Shown here piece by piece: positions 49,003 through 58,284 of a stretch of 58,284 nt of DNA; positions within the stretch are counted from its first letter, which is position 1; each line of letters opens with the position of its first letter. The DNA is from Candidatus Zhuqueibacterota bacterium (GTDB lineage Bacteria > BS750m-G25). Made by a program: the position numbers and the translations under genes. The notes under the pieces were generated by a model. The model searched no databases, was not told where the DNA came from, and saw only the letters and a program-made list of their open reading frames with translations. Location: positions 1 through 58,284 of the forward strand of contig JADHWK010000012.1 of assembly GCA_016783505.1 (NCBI GenBank). The letters run 5' to 3'.

Positions 49003-49037
49003 ATGGGGGTCCCAATTTTTAAATGTTTTTTTGATTC

Positions 49038-50738
49038 ATGCTACAAAGTCTTACCATAAAAAACTATGCCCTATTAAGGGATGTAACCGTCCACTTTGAG
49101 CCGGGACTGAACATTCTCACCGGGGAAACCGGAGCCGGGAAATCCATCCTTGTGGGGGCGTTGGGGATGATTCTGGGGGGTCGCACTCCACCGGAGACAG
49201 TGGGAAAATACGGGGACAGGACGGTGGTGGAGGGGGAATTTTATCCCGGAAACAGCGATCGGTTTTTATCGGTTGCCGCTAAGCTGAAGTTTAATCTCGA
49301 GGGGCCCCTGCTGGTGCGTCGGGAGATAAGGCGTAACGGTCAGGGCCGCTGCTTCATCAACGATTCTCCGGTCACCCTAACTGTCCTGCGAGAAATCGGG
49401 GTTGTCCTGGTTGACCTCCATGGCCAGCATGAACATCAGTCCCTGCTTTCTCCGGCAAGTCATCTGGAATACCTGGACGGGAGCGGGGATTATCAGGGGC
49501 TTCGCCGGAGGGTGAGGGAGCTGTTCTATCAGGTTCAAACAAAGAAGTCCGATCTGAACAAATTGGAGGAAAAAGGCCGCCTGGCCCAGGAGAAAAGGGA
49601 ATTGCAGGAGTTTCAGCTTCAGGAAATCAAGGGGGTCAATCCTCAACCCGATGAAGAGGGGGAATTGGAAAGGGAAAGAATTCTGTTGGAAAATTCCGAG
49701 AGGCTGTCTGATCTTACCCATGAATTGGTGGACGGGCTTTATGAAGGGGAGGATGCCCTTTACGACCGCTTGGTCCGAATGGAACGGCTGTTTGAAGAGC
49801 TGAAAAATATTGACGGCCAGTTTGGAGATCCCTGGAATGAAATCCAGAACGTCAAGATTTCCCTGCAGGAGGTGGCCCGTTTTGTCCAGAACTACCGTGA
49901 GAGGATCGAATTTGATCCCCAGCGGCTGGAGGATGTCCGGGAACGGCTGGGGGCCTTTGCCCGGTTGAAGAAAAAGTATGGGGGATCCATAGATGGGGTT
50001 CTTCGACATCGGGACTATCTCCGGGATCAACTGGCACTGGTGGAAAACTTAGATGATGAACTTAGTAAGCTTCAAGCCGAACTGGAGGACCTTTGCCAGG
50101 AATTATCGGAAAAGGGGGGGGAATTGTCGGGGAAGAGGGAACAGGCGGCGGCCCAGTTCGAGAGAGCCTTGATTCAAAATCTGGGGGAATTGGGAATAAA
50201 AAGGGGTAAATTTAAAGTTTCCATTACCCATACTGAAAGCCCAGACGGTTTGGTGTCTTGGGACGGGGAAAGGGTGCAGGCTAAGGAAACGGGGATTGAT
50301 GCGGTTGAGTTTTTGATCTCCACTAACGTGGGCGAGGAGCCCAAACCCCTGGCCCGGGTGGCCTCTGGGGGAGAGATCTCCAGGATCATGCTGGCCTTTA
50401 AGTCCATCCTGGCGGGAAAGGATGCTATTGATACTCTGATATTCGACGAGATTGATATTGGCATCTCGGGCCGCATTGCCCATATCGTGGGCCAGAAGCT
50501 AAAAGCCCTGGCCCAGCACCACCAGATTATCTGCATTACCCACCTACCCCAGATCGCCTCCTTAGCCGACCGCCATTTTGCGGTGGAAAAACGGGTCGTC
50601 AAGGGGCGATCGGAAACCCAAGTTAAGGAACTGACCTTTGAAGACCGGGTGCTGGAGGTCGCCAAGCTGATCGGGGGTGAAAGGGTGACCCCTACCAATC
50701 TCCAGAGCGCAAGGGAAATGCTGGAGGATAGGGGGTAA
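49038..50738 (+). CDS. recN: DNA repair protein RecN
   Basis: TGETGAGKS, HGQHEHQ, ASGGEISR, FDEIDIG, ITHLPQIA. Confidence 0.97.
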   Translation: MLQSLTIKNYALLRDVTVHFEPGLNILTGETGAGKSILVGALGMILGGRTPPETVGKYGDRTVVEGEFYPGNSDRFLSVAAKLKFNLEGPLLVRREIRRNGQGRCFINDSPVTLTVLREIGVVLVDLHGQHEHQSLLSPASHLEYLDGSGDYQGLRRRVRELFYQVQTKKSDLNKLEEKGRLAQEKRELQEFQLQEIKGVNPQPDEEGELERERILLENSERLSDLTHELVDGLYEGEDALYDRLVRMERLFEELKNIDGQFGDPWNEIQNVKISLQEVARFVQNYRERIEFDPQRLEDVRERLGAFARLKKKYGGSIDGVLRHRDYLRDQLALVENLDDELSKLQAELEDLCQELSEKGGELSGKREQAAAQFERALIQNLGELGIKRGKFKVSITHTESPDGLVSWDGERVQAKETGIDAVEFLISTNVGEEPKPLARVASGGEISRIMLAFKSILAGKDAIDTLIFDEIDIGISGRIAHIVGQKLKALAQHHQIICITHLPQIASLADRHFAVEKRVVKGRSETQVKELTFEDRVLEVAKLIGGERVTPTNLQSAREMLEDRG

Positions 50739-50824
50739 ATTTCAAAAATTGCCAAAATTGCCTTAGCTTCAAGTGAGTTCTTAAAATTTAGGCAATCTTT
50801 GAAATCTTTGAAATTTAGGCAATT
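50738..50824. repeat. AT-rich palindromic intergenic repeat, copy 2 (inverted relative to 39024)
   Basis: AATTGCCAAAATTGCC and AAATTTAGGCAATCTTTGAAATCTTTGAAATTT shared with copy 1. Confidence 0.7.
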
Positions 50825-50908
50825 CGATATAGTCTTGACTGATTGTGAGGCACTGATGATTAAAAGTGAATTTAACAAAATGTCGAACATTAACGTTGAG
50901 GTATTCCC

Positions 50909-52168
50909 TTGGACAAAATTGTCATAAACGGCGGCCGGAGACTTCATGGTCGGGTTGAAATCAGCGGTGCCAAGAACGCCGTTCTCCCGATGATGGCAGC
51001 TTCTCTGTTGGCCCCGGGAAAATATACCATCGAGAACTGCCCCGACCTCCGGGATGTGAAGACCATGTCCCACCTCCTACGGATCATCGGGGCCAAGGTG
51101 GAGCTTTCCGATCACACCCTCAATATTGATACTGAAAGCTCTAATTTCTTCGAGGCCCCTTATGAGTTGGTGAAGACTATGCGGGCCTCCATATACGTGT
51201 TGGGGCCTCTATTGGCGCGGCACGGCCAGGCCAGGGTATCCCTGCCCGGGGGATGTGCCTGGGGCCCCCGGCCGGTGGACCTGCACCTGAAAGGTTTGGC
51301 CCGAATGGGGGCTTCCATCGAACTGGAGGGGGGGTATGTTATCGCCAGGGCCCGTAGGCTTAAGGGCAGTCGGTTAAATTTTGACATCTCAAGCGTGGGG
51401 GCCACAGCCAACCTGTTGATGGCGGCTACGCTGGCCGAAGGGACCACCGTGATCGAGAACGCCGCCCAGGAGCCGGAGATCGAAGCCCTGTCACGATTCT
51501 TGATCAATATGGGTGCCAGGATTGAGGGGGTGGGAACAAGGCGGCTGGTGGTGCAGGGGGTAGACAATCTGGCTCCCACCACCATGGAGAACATCCCCGA
51601 CCGCATCGAGGCGGGTACCTTCCTCATCGCCGGGGCCATTACTCGGGGTGAGGTGGAGCTGGAAGGGGCTGAGCCAGATCACCTGAGCGCTCTGCTGGCA
51701 AAGCTTGAGGAAGCAGGGGCGGGTGTAGAGATAGAGGGGAAAAAGGTCGGGTTGAAGGTGGAGAAAAGACTCCAGTCTGTAGATATTACTACCGCCATCT
51801 ACCCGGGGTTTCCCACCGACCTTCAGGCCCAGTGGATGGCCTTGATGGCCCTGGCCGATAGAAGCTGTCTGGTAACCGATACCGTTTTTCTGGACCGATT
51901 TACCCACGTGGCTGAACTTAAACGACTGGGGGCCGACATCCGGATGGATAAGAACACCGCCCTGGTGACCGGACGTGAGAAGCTGAAGGGAGCCCCGGTA
52001 ATGTCCACCGATCTCCGGGCTTCCGCCTCTCTCATTTTAGCCGGCCTGGCCGCCGAGGGCCGCACTGACGTCTCCCGGGTCTATCACATTGATAGGGGCT
52101 ACGAGAAGATCGAAGAAAAATTGAAAGCCCTGGGGGCGGACATCCGGCGGGAAGGAGAGACATCGTAA
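50909..52168 (+). CDS. murA: UDP-N-acetylglucosamine 1-carboxyvinyltransferase
   Basis: SGAKNA, MRAS, PGGCAWGPRP, PDRIEAGT, PGFPTD, DLRA; TTG start. Confidence 0.97.
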   Translation: MDKIVINGGRRLHGRVEISGAKNAVLPMMAASLLAPGKYTIENCPDLRDVKTMSHLLRIIGAKVELSDHTLNIDTESSNFFEAPYELVKTMRASIYVLGPLLARHGQARVSLPGGCAWGPRPVDLHLKGLARMGASIELEGGYVIARARRLKGSRLNFDISSVGATANLLMAATLAEGTTVIENAAQEPEIEALSRFLINMGARIEGVGTRRLVVQGVDNLAPTTMENIPDRIEAGTFLIAGAITRGEVELEGAEPDHLSALLAKLEEAGAGVEIEGKKVGLKVEKRLQSVDITTAIYPGFPTDLQAQWMALMALADRSCLVTDTVFLDRFTHVAELKRLGADIRMDKNTALVTGREKLKGAPVMSTDLRASASLILAGLAAEGRTDVSRVYHIDRGYEKIEEKLKALGADIRREGETS

Positions 52169-52214
52169 AACCGTATGGAATAATGGAAGGTTTGAAGATC
52201 GGAAATAATCTTAA

Positions 52215-52276
52215 GCTCCAGGCGGATGTTATCATCCGCCGAAATATAGTTGGGGAAGACAACTTCCTCGACGAGC
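52215..52276. repeat. Inverted doublet of family A REP-like hairpins
   Basis: GCTCCA-GGCGGATG-TTAT-CATCCGCC followed by reverse copy GTTGGGGAAG-ACAA-CTTCCTCGAC-GAGC. Confidence 0.65.
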
Positions 52277-52329
52277 TGGGTTGTGCAAAATAAGATTTGG
52301 CCATAACATGTTTATATAAGAAAGCTACC

Positions 52330-53349
52330 ATGAAACAAAGGGCATTATTATTAGCTATACTGCTATTAGTGTTTATTGTTATTGGGGTTATTCCTTTCGC
52401 ATCGAATTTGGGAAATATCAAGCATATAACACAAAAATCAAATGCTTCACTTATTGTTGAAGAATATAGGATTATCTCTCAGGATTTTGATACCCCTGAT
52501 CATCTGGAATTCTGCGATAAGATAGATTCCAAAATTTTGGAAAAAAGAAAAAAATGGCGAGAAGCAGGAATTCACAAGGACAAAATGTCCTGTATAAATG
52601 AAGAACTGGGTGTATTTAAATACAAACTGGTTAGAAATGAGAAACCGTCAAGATTTCAGCCTTCTTATAATATTTATTATGATCAAGATTTAATATTGCC
52701 TGCCATTAGTGGTATTCGATGCTTCAGAATCACTAAAAAAAGAGATAAGTTTTTGTTTGTCGCTTCCCAACCATTGGAAAACGGTCCACCTTATGGTCGT
52801 GATTTATTGTTCCTTAATGGAGAGATTCAAGAATGGAATAATTGGGAACATGACTATACTTGTCCTATTTTTGTTGACGATACCTTAATGACTGTTGATA
52901 GATTAACAAAAGAAAGAAAGAAAATGCCTCCTCATGGGATATATCAATTTGCTGTGAGAAAGGGGTCTCAAACTGTCTATTCTTTTTCCGCTAAAGAAAT
53001 TACAGATAATGCTGTTAAATCATTTTTTGCATGGGATGACGATTGGATTTTAGAATATCAAGATATTGTTATTATTAGTCGTGTCAACATTGGAGAGAAG
53101 AATAATTACTCGAAGGTATTTTACTATCGGAAATTAAAAGGGAAACCTTTCTATTTCTTTGAACAAAACAAGAAAATTCATATTTCATATGACGATGAAG
53201 TCTTACCCTATAAGTATGATGAAGTAATACACAATAGGTGCTGCGGGCCCGCTGCTTTCAATATTAGAGGAAATGAAAATATGATTTGGTTTTATGCTTC
53301 AGAAGATGGATTCTGGTATTATGTAGAAGCTGGAATTTATAAAGAATGA
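52330..53349 (+). CDS. AT-rich hypothetical exported protein
   Basis: Long ORF with N-terminal signal/TM; much lower GC than flanking murA and dnaE; no family recognised. Confidence 0.7.
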   Translation: MKQRALLLAILLLVFIVIGVIPFASNLGNIKHITQKSNASLIVEEYRIISQDFDTPDHLEFCDKIDSKILEKRKKWREAGIHKDKMSCINEELGVFKYKLVRNEKPSRFQPSYNIYYDQDLILPAISGIRCFRITKKRDKFLFVASQPLENGPPYGRDLLFLNGEIQEWNNWEHDYTCPIFVDDTLMTVDRLTKERKKMPPHGIYQFAVRKGSQTVYSFSAKEITDNAVKSFFAWDDDWILEYQDIVIISRVNIGEKNNYSKVFYYRKLKGKPFYFFEQNKKIHISYDDEVLPYKYDEVIHNRCCGPAAFNIRGNENMIWFYASEDGFWYYVEAGIYKE

Positions 53350-53466
53350 CTATGTTTAGCGCCTTACATTCGCACAACACCTGAATCTGTCGAAAAATCC
53401 ACTATTTCTGGTATTATTTCCCATTGTAGAAATCTGCCATTTTCTAAGTTGTTGTTTTTCGGATAT

Positions 53467-53503
53467 GTCGAGGGTTTTTTTAATAGGATGACAACATCCC
53501 GAC
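53467..53503. repeat. Degenerate family A REP-like hairpin
   Basis: GTCGAGG...GGATG-ACAA-CATCC-CGAC. Confidence 0.5.
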
Positions 53504-53545
53504 CAATTCTGTCTCAACTAATAATCTTCCAATCAATCTTACGCT

Positions 53546-56500
53546 ATGACCGATTTCGTCCACTTACATAATCATACCCATTACAGCATCCTCGATGGGG
53601 CCATAAGGATTCCGGATATGGTGGCTGAGGCCAAAAAGCAGGGTATGAAAGCCCTGGCCATCACCGATCACGGATGCATGTTCGGGGTGATCGAATTCTA
53701 CCAAGAGTGCCTCCGGGCGGGAATTAAACCCATCGTGGGGATGGAGGTCTACCTGGCCCCGGGGAGCCGGCTGGATAAAACCACCAATAAGGGCCCATAC
53801 GAAGGGGCTTATCACCTGACCCTTTTGGCCAAAAACATGGCCGGCTACCGAAACCTGATGAAGCTTTCCAGCATTGGGTATCTGGAGGGTTTTTACTACA
53901 AACCCAGGATTGATAAGGAAGTGCTGACCCGCTGCCATGAGGGGTTAATCTGTCTCTCAGGGTGCTTAAAGGGGGAATTAGCCCAGGCGCTTAAGGCTGG
54001 TAAGGGCAAAAAGGCCCGGGGGATAGTAGAGGAATTCCAAGGCATTTTCGGGGAAGACTACTACATCGAGGTGATGAATCACGGGCTGGACGAAGAGGTC
54101 ATGGTCGGGGAACGATTGGCAGATATGGCCGCCGGGATGGATTTAGAGCGGGTGGCCACCAACGACGTCCATTATCTCAAACATGAACATGCCCAGGCCC
54201 ACGACATCCTGCTCTGTATTCAGACGGGGAAGGACCGGGAGGATCCCAAGAGGCTACGGTTTAACACGGATCAGATATACTTTAAAAGCCCCCAGGAAAT
54301 GGCTCAGGCTTTTCAGGGGAGCGAGGATGTATTGGCGAACACCTTGAAGGTGGCTGAGAATTGTAATCTGGTGTTGGATTTTGGGGAGAGGCACTTTCCT
54401 CATTACTTACTTCCTGAGGTGGAAACAGCCCGGGATTTGAACGAATATCTGGGGAAACTGGCCCGGTCGGGGCTGGAGAGGCGCTATGGGTCACCCAGTT
54501 TGGGGATGCGGGACCGGCTGGAATATGAATTGGGGGTGATCGGCCGCATGGGTTTTGCCGGATATTTTCTCATTGTAAAAGATTTCATTGACTATGCCAG
54601 AAGCCAGGACATTCCGGTAGGGCCGGGAAGGGGTTCGGCGGCCGGGAGCTTAGTCTCCTACTGCCTGGGGATCACCAATATTGATCCCATTAAATTCGAT
54701 CTTCTTTTTGAACGGTTCTTGAACCCGGAGCGTTTGTCCCTACCGGACATTGACATTGATTTTTCCGACGCCGGACGGGACCGGGTGATTGACTATGTAC
54801 GTCAGAAGTACGGGACGGGCAACGTGGCCCAGATCATTACCTTCGGCAAGATGCTGGCTCGAGGGGTGATCAGGGACGTGGGTCGGGTGCTCAAAATTCC
54901 CTACGGGGAGGTGGACCGGCTGGCCAAGCTGATCCCCTTTGGTCCCCAGGTTTCCCTGACCCGGGTCTTAAAAGAAGTGAAAGAGTTTCGGGAGGCTATT
55001 GAGGATAACGAGATCTATCAACAATTAATTGAGCACGCCTTGGTTTTGGAGGGGTTGAACCGTAATGCCTCTACCCACGCCGCCGGGGTGGTCATGGCGC
55101 CATCCGAGCTGATTAATTTCGTTCCCCTGTTTAAGCCTTCCAAGGGGGAAGAGATCACCACCCAGTATGACATGGACGCCCTGGACGAAATCGGACTTTT
55201 GAAGATGGATTTTTTAGGCCTCCGCACCCTGACGGTGATTGATGAAACACTGAAAATGCTTCACCACCGGGGGGTTGACCTGGAGATTGACAAAATCCCA
55301 ATGGATGATACCCGAACCTTCCAGCTTTTTTCCAACGGGGAGACGGTGGGTATCTTTCAATTTGAATCCAGCGGTATGAGGGATTGCCTGCGAAAGCTCC
55401 AGCCGGAGAGGTTGGGTGACCTCATCGCCCTGAACGCCCTCTACCGCCCCGGACCCATGATTCACATTGACGAGTTCATCCAGCGCAAGCACGAGACCAA
55501 GGATATTAAATATCCACATCCCCTGCTGGAGCCTATATTGAAGGAGACCTACGGGATCATCGTCTATCAGGAGCAGGTGATGCGGATCGCCTCTGATTTC
55601 GCCGGCTTCAGCCTGGCCAGGGGGGATATTTTGCGAAAGGCGATGGGCAAAAAGCAGACGCGGGTGATGAAATCCCTGGAGGCTGAGTTCATCGCCGGGG
55701 CGGCGGCAAAAGACATTGATGAGGAAACGGCCCGGAAGGTGTTTGACCTCATCTCCCGGTTTGCCGAATATGGGTTCAACAAATCCCACTCAGCTGCCTA
55801 CGCCCTGTTGGCTTACCAGACAGCCTACCTGAAAGCCCATTACCCGGTCGAGTTTATGGCGGCTTCCCTCTCCAGTGAAATGGATTCCAGCGATCGGATT
55901 ATGGTTTTGTTGGATGAGTGTCGGCGAATGGACATAGTGGTGCAACCCCCGGATGTCAACCAGGGATTTTATAAATTTACGGTTGTGGACGGCAAGATAG
56001 GATTTGGGCTGGGAGCCATCAAGAACGTGGGCCAGGGGGCCATCGAATCCATCATCCAGGCGAGGGAGCAAAAGGGCTCCTTTCATACCTTGTTTGATGT
56101 GGTGGAGGGGGTGGATACCAGGTTAGTCAACAAAAAGGTGCTGGAGAGCCTGATCAAGGCTGGGGCTATGGACTCATTGGAAGGCCATCGGGCCCAGCTT
56201 TTAGCCGGGGTGGAGATGGCCACCGCCTACGCCCAGGGCTTTCAAGAGGATCGGGAGTTGGGGCAGACCAGTATCTTCGACCAGGGCCACGAAGCGGGAG
56301 GGACTTTTGGACGCCACCAGCCCCACCTTCCCGGGGTGGACCCCTGGACGAAAACCGAATCCCTGTCCCGGGAGAAGGAACTTCTGAGTTATTACATTTC
56401 CGGACACCCCCTCAACAAATTCCGTGATGAGGTGGAGGCTTTTTCTTCCTTCAAGTTCGATGATACCGATTCCGTCAAGGATGGGCGGTTGGTGCGGGTG

Positions 56501-56983
56501 GGGGGGATTATTACCAGGGTAAAGACCCATCAGGCCCGAAACGGCCGTATGGCTTTTGCCACCCTGGAGGATTTTACCGGAACAATCGAGCTTTTGATCT
56601 TCTCTGATACCTATCAAAAGTTCCGCCGGCTGGTTCGGGCCGACTCCATGGTAATGGTCATCGGTCGTGCCTCTACAAAGGAAAACGAGAGCATAAAGGT
56701 TATCGCTGAGCGGATTATCCCCCTGACAGAGGCCCGAAGCAGGTTGGCCAAACGGGTCTGCCTTTCCCTGTCCACTCAGGGCCTGGGCGGGGAAACACTG
56801 AATGAAATTGACCGCATCCTGGGACAGCACGGGGGAAAATGTGCGGTAGTCATGAAACTTAAGACCGAATCAGGGGAGGAGCTGTTCATCAGATCGGACA
56901 AATATAGGGTGGACCCCAGCCATGGGTTGATTGATGAACTGAAAGACATCCTGGGCCGAGAGAACGTCTGGATTGAGGGATAG
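53546..56983 (+). CDS. dnaE: DNA polymerase III alpha subunit
   Basis: [12 protein letters not shown] domain, [28 protein letters not shown] fold; no intein. Confidence 0.98.
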   Translation: MTDFVHLHNHTHYSILDGAIRIPDMVAEAKKQGMKALAITDHGCMFGVIEFYQECLRAGIKPIVGMEVYLAPGSRLDKTTNKGPYEGAYHLTLLAKNMAGYRNLMKLSSIGYLEGFYYKPRIDKEVLTRCHEGLICLSGCLKGELAQALKAGKGKKARGIVEEFQGIFGEDYYIEVMNHGLDEEVMVGERLADMAAGMDLERVATNDVHYLKHEHAQAHDILLCIQTGKDREDPKRLRFNTDQIYFKSPQEMAQAFQGSEDVLANTLKVAENCNLVLDFGERHFPHYLLPEVETARDLNEYLGKLARSGLERRYGSPSLGMRDRLEYELGVIGRMGFAGYFLIVKDFIDYARSQDIPVGPGRGSAAGSLVSYCLGITNIDPIKFDLLFERFLNPERLSLPDIDIDFSDAGRDRVIDYVRQKYGTGNVAQIITFGKMLARGVIRDVGRVLKIPYGEVDRLAKLIPFGPQVSLTRVLKEVKEFREAIEDNEIYQQLIEHALVLEGLNRNASTHAAGVVMAPSELINFVPLFKPSKGEEITTQYDMDALDEIGLLKMDFLGLRTLTVIDETLKMLHHRGVDLEIDKIPMDDTRTFQLFSNGETVGIFQFESSGMRDCLRKLQPERLGDLIALNALYRPGPMIHIDEFIQRKHETKDIKYPHPLLEPILKETYGIIVYQEQVMRIASDFAGFSLARGDILRKAMGKKQTRVMKSLEAEFIAGAAAKDIDEETARKVFDLISRFAEYGFNKSHSAAYALLAYQTAYLKAHYPVEFMAASLSSEMDSSDRIMVLLDECRRMDIVVQPPDVNQGFYKFTVVDGKIGFGLGAIKNVGQGAIESIIQAREQKGSFHTLFDVVEGVDTRLVNKKVLESLIKAGAMDSLEGHRAQLLAGVEMATAYAQGFQEDRELGQTSIFDQGHEAGGTFGRHQPHLPGVDPWTKTESLSREKELLSYYISGHPLNKFRDEVEAFSSFKFDDTDSVKDGRLVRVGGIITRVKTHQARNGRMAFATLEDFTGTIELLIFSDTYQKFRRLVRADSMVMVIGRASTKENESIKVIAERIIPLTEARSRLAKRVCLSLSTQGLGGETLNEIDRILGQHGGKCAVVMKLKTESGEELFIRSDKYRVDPSHGLIDELKDILGRENVWIEG

Positions 56984-56988
56984 TGCCG

Positions 56989-57426
56989 ATGAGGGTTGTT
57001 CTTCAACGGGTGAAGGGGGCTTCTGTTTCGGTTTACGGGAAGGTGGTGGGAGAGATCGGGAGGGGATTGGTGTTGCTGATGGGGGTAAAGGAAGGGGATG
57101 GTGAAAAACAGGCCTTGACTCTGGCGGAAAAATGTTTGAACTTAAGGGTTTTCGAGGATGAGAAGGGGAAGATGAATCTCTCTGTCCGGGATATAGGGGG
57201 TGAAATCCTGGCCGTCTCTCAGTTTACTCTTTATGGGGATTGTCGCAAGGGGAGAAGACCCAGCTTCGTGGAAGCGGCTCCTCCCCAAGTGGCCGCTTTT
57301 CTTTATAATAAATTTATAGAATGCCTTAGTGAAAGCGGGTTAAGGGTAGAAAAGGGGGTCTTCGGGGCCAAAATGCTGGTAAACATCCAAAACGATGGGC
57401 CGGTGACTTTGGTGCTGGAAAGTTAA
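56989..57426 (+). CDS. dtd: D-aminoacyl-tRNA deacylase
   Basis: [25 protein letters not shown]. Confidence 0.95.
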   Translation: MRVVLQRVKGASVSVYGKVVGEIGRGLVLLMGVKEGDGEKQALTLAEKCLNLRVFEDEKGKMNLSVRDIGGEILAVSQFTLYGDCRKGRRPSFVEAAPPQVAAFLYNKFIECLSESGLRVEKGVFGAKMLVNIQNDGPVTLVLES

Positions 57427-57736
57427 AAATTTATTTTTGACCTCATCGGGTAAGACCACCCCATTTTTAGTTTGGCGTCTTTGTTGGAGCAGTTGTTTTG
57501 GGTAGATCCGACAGGTGCCTGACCGATAGGTTTCCGGTGCCATAGGTTCTCGTAGTTTTTTAGGGATCAAAAGAACCATACAAATTCATTTGTGCAAGCA
57601 GAAAATGCAGTTCTCCAGGACTAATCCACAGGATTTTTCTGGGGCGGAATGAATTTGTCCGAAGCGCCCTAGGGGATTACGGCATAAAGGTGGGGAGGTT
57701 TTTCCGGACCCCTCCAAAGTTGCGTTCTAAAATAGC

Positions 57737-57765
57737 TTGATTTTTATCCTTTTGTTCCGTATATT
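57737..57765 (+). promoter_or_regulatory. Sigma-70 promoter of hutH
   Basis: TTGATT-N17-TATATT. Confidence 0.55.
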
Positions 57766-57807
57766 TTTATTCAAAGTTAGAAATTATTCCCAAAAGAGCG
57801 AGCACTG

Positions 57808-58284
57808 ATGAAGAACGTGAGTATTGATGGAAAACATCTATCAGTTAATAAACTGATGAGGGTAGCTGTAAAGAAGGCCGGCCTCAGTCTGGCGAAATCG
57901 GTTGTTCAGCGTATCGGGCGGGCTCGGGCAGTGGTGGAAAAGGTAATTGAAAGCGGAGTGGTGAAATACGGGATTAATACCGGGTTCGGTAAGCTTTCTG
58001 AGTTGATCATCACTGGGGATCAGATGGATCAGCTTCAAGAAAATCTAATCCTCAGTCATGCCAGTGGGGTGGGAAGTCCGCTTCCAGAGGAGATCGTACG
58101 GGCGATTATGGTTCTCAAGGTACACAACCTGGCTGCCGGATATTCGGGATGTCGGCTTGAGGTGGTCAAGACGTTAGTGGATATGATCAACGCCGGGGTC
58201 CATCCCATTATTCCAGAGAAAGGGTCGGTGGGCGCCTCGGGGGATCTGGCCCCCCTGGCCCACATGGCGCTGGTAATGATCGGT
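57808..58284 (+). CDS. hutH: Histidine ammonia-lyase, 5' part (runs off window; missing from ORF track)
   Basis: Manual translation MKNVSIDG..YGINTGFG..QENLILSHASGVG..GSVGASGDLAPLAH (MIO-forming ASG). Confidence 0.93.
   Translation, partial: MKNVSIDGKHLSVNKLMRVAVKKAGLSLAKSVVQRIGRARAVVEKVIESGVVKYGINTGFGKLSELIITGDQMDQLQENLILSHASGVGSPLPEEIVRAIMVLKVHNLAAGYSGCRLEVVKTLVDMINAGVHPIIPEKGSVGASGDLAPLAHMALVMIG

Noticed and set aside
57427-57736. 310 bp gap between dtd and hutH as possible ncRNA or small gene
   Set aside because: No tRNA, SRP, 6S, tmRNA or riboswitch signature recognised; the minus-strand 79 aa ORF overlaps dtd and has no motif

Overview
A 58 kb chromosomal window from a diderm, probably anaerobic bacterium (lpxH, TolC/RND, PBP1A, O2-sensitive Fe-S flavoproteins; lineage cannot be fixed from sequence alone). 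It has four blocks. (1) 1-8.4 kb: a NuoEFG/HydCBA-like diaphorase module with bifurcation-type motifs, coupled to a stand-alone FMN glutamate-synthase-like protein and followed by a dCache kinase/sigma-54 regulator pair. (2) 8.5-13.2 kb: a minus-strand arsenic operon (arsR, acr3, two small thioredoxins, ArsP permease) with unannotated remnants of ccdA and arsC and an ATA at the expected acr3 start. (3) 13.3-32 kb: a large copper/heavy-metal island headed by an ECF sigma, a ZAS anti-sigma and an apparently catalytically dead, Cys/His-loop HtrA lipoprotein. A SigW-like promoter motif occurs before both the sigma gene and cusCBA; then come HMA/YHS proteins, copA, cupredoxin, rseC, dsbD and tlpA. 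(4) 32-58 kb: mostly housekeeping genes (pdp, PBP1A, lpxH, endonuclease IV-like, queH, iscS/iscU, FMN riboswitch plus ribDEBAH, recN, murA, dnaE, dtd, partial hutH) with several REP-like palindrome families, one of which flanks AT-rich orphan genes. No rRNA, tRNA, CRISPR array or intact transposase was seen.
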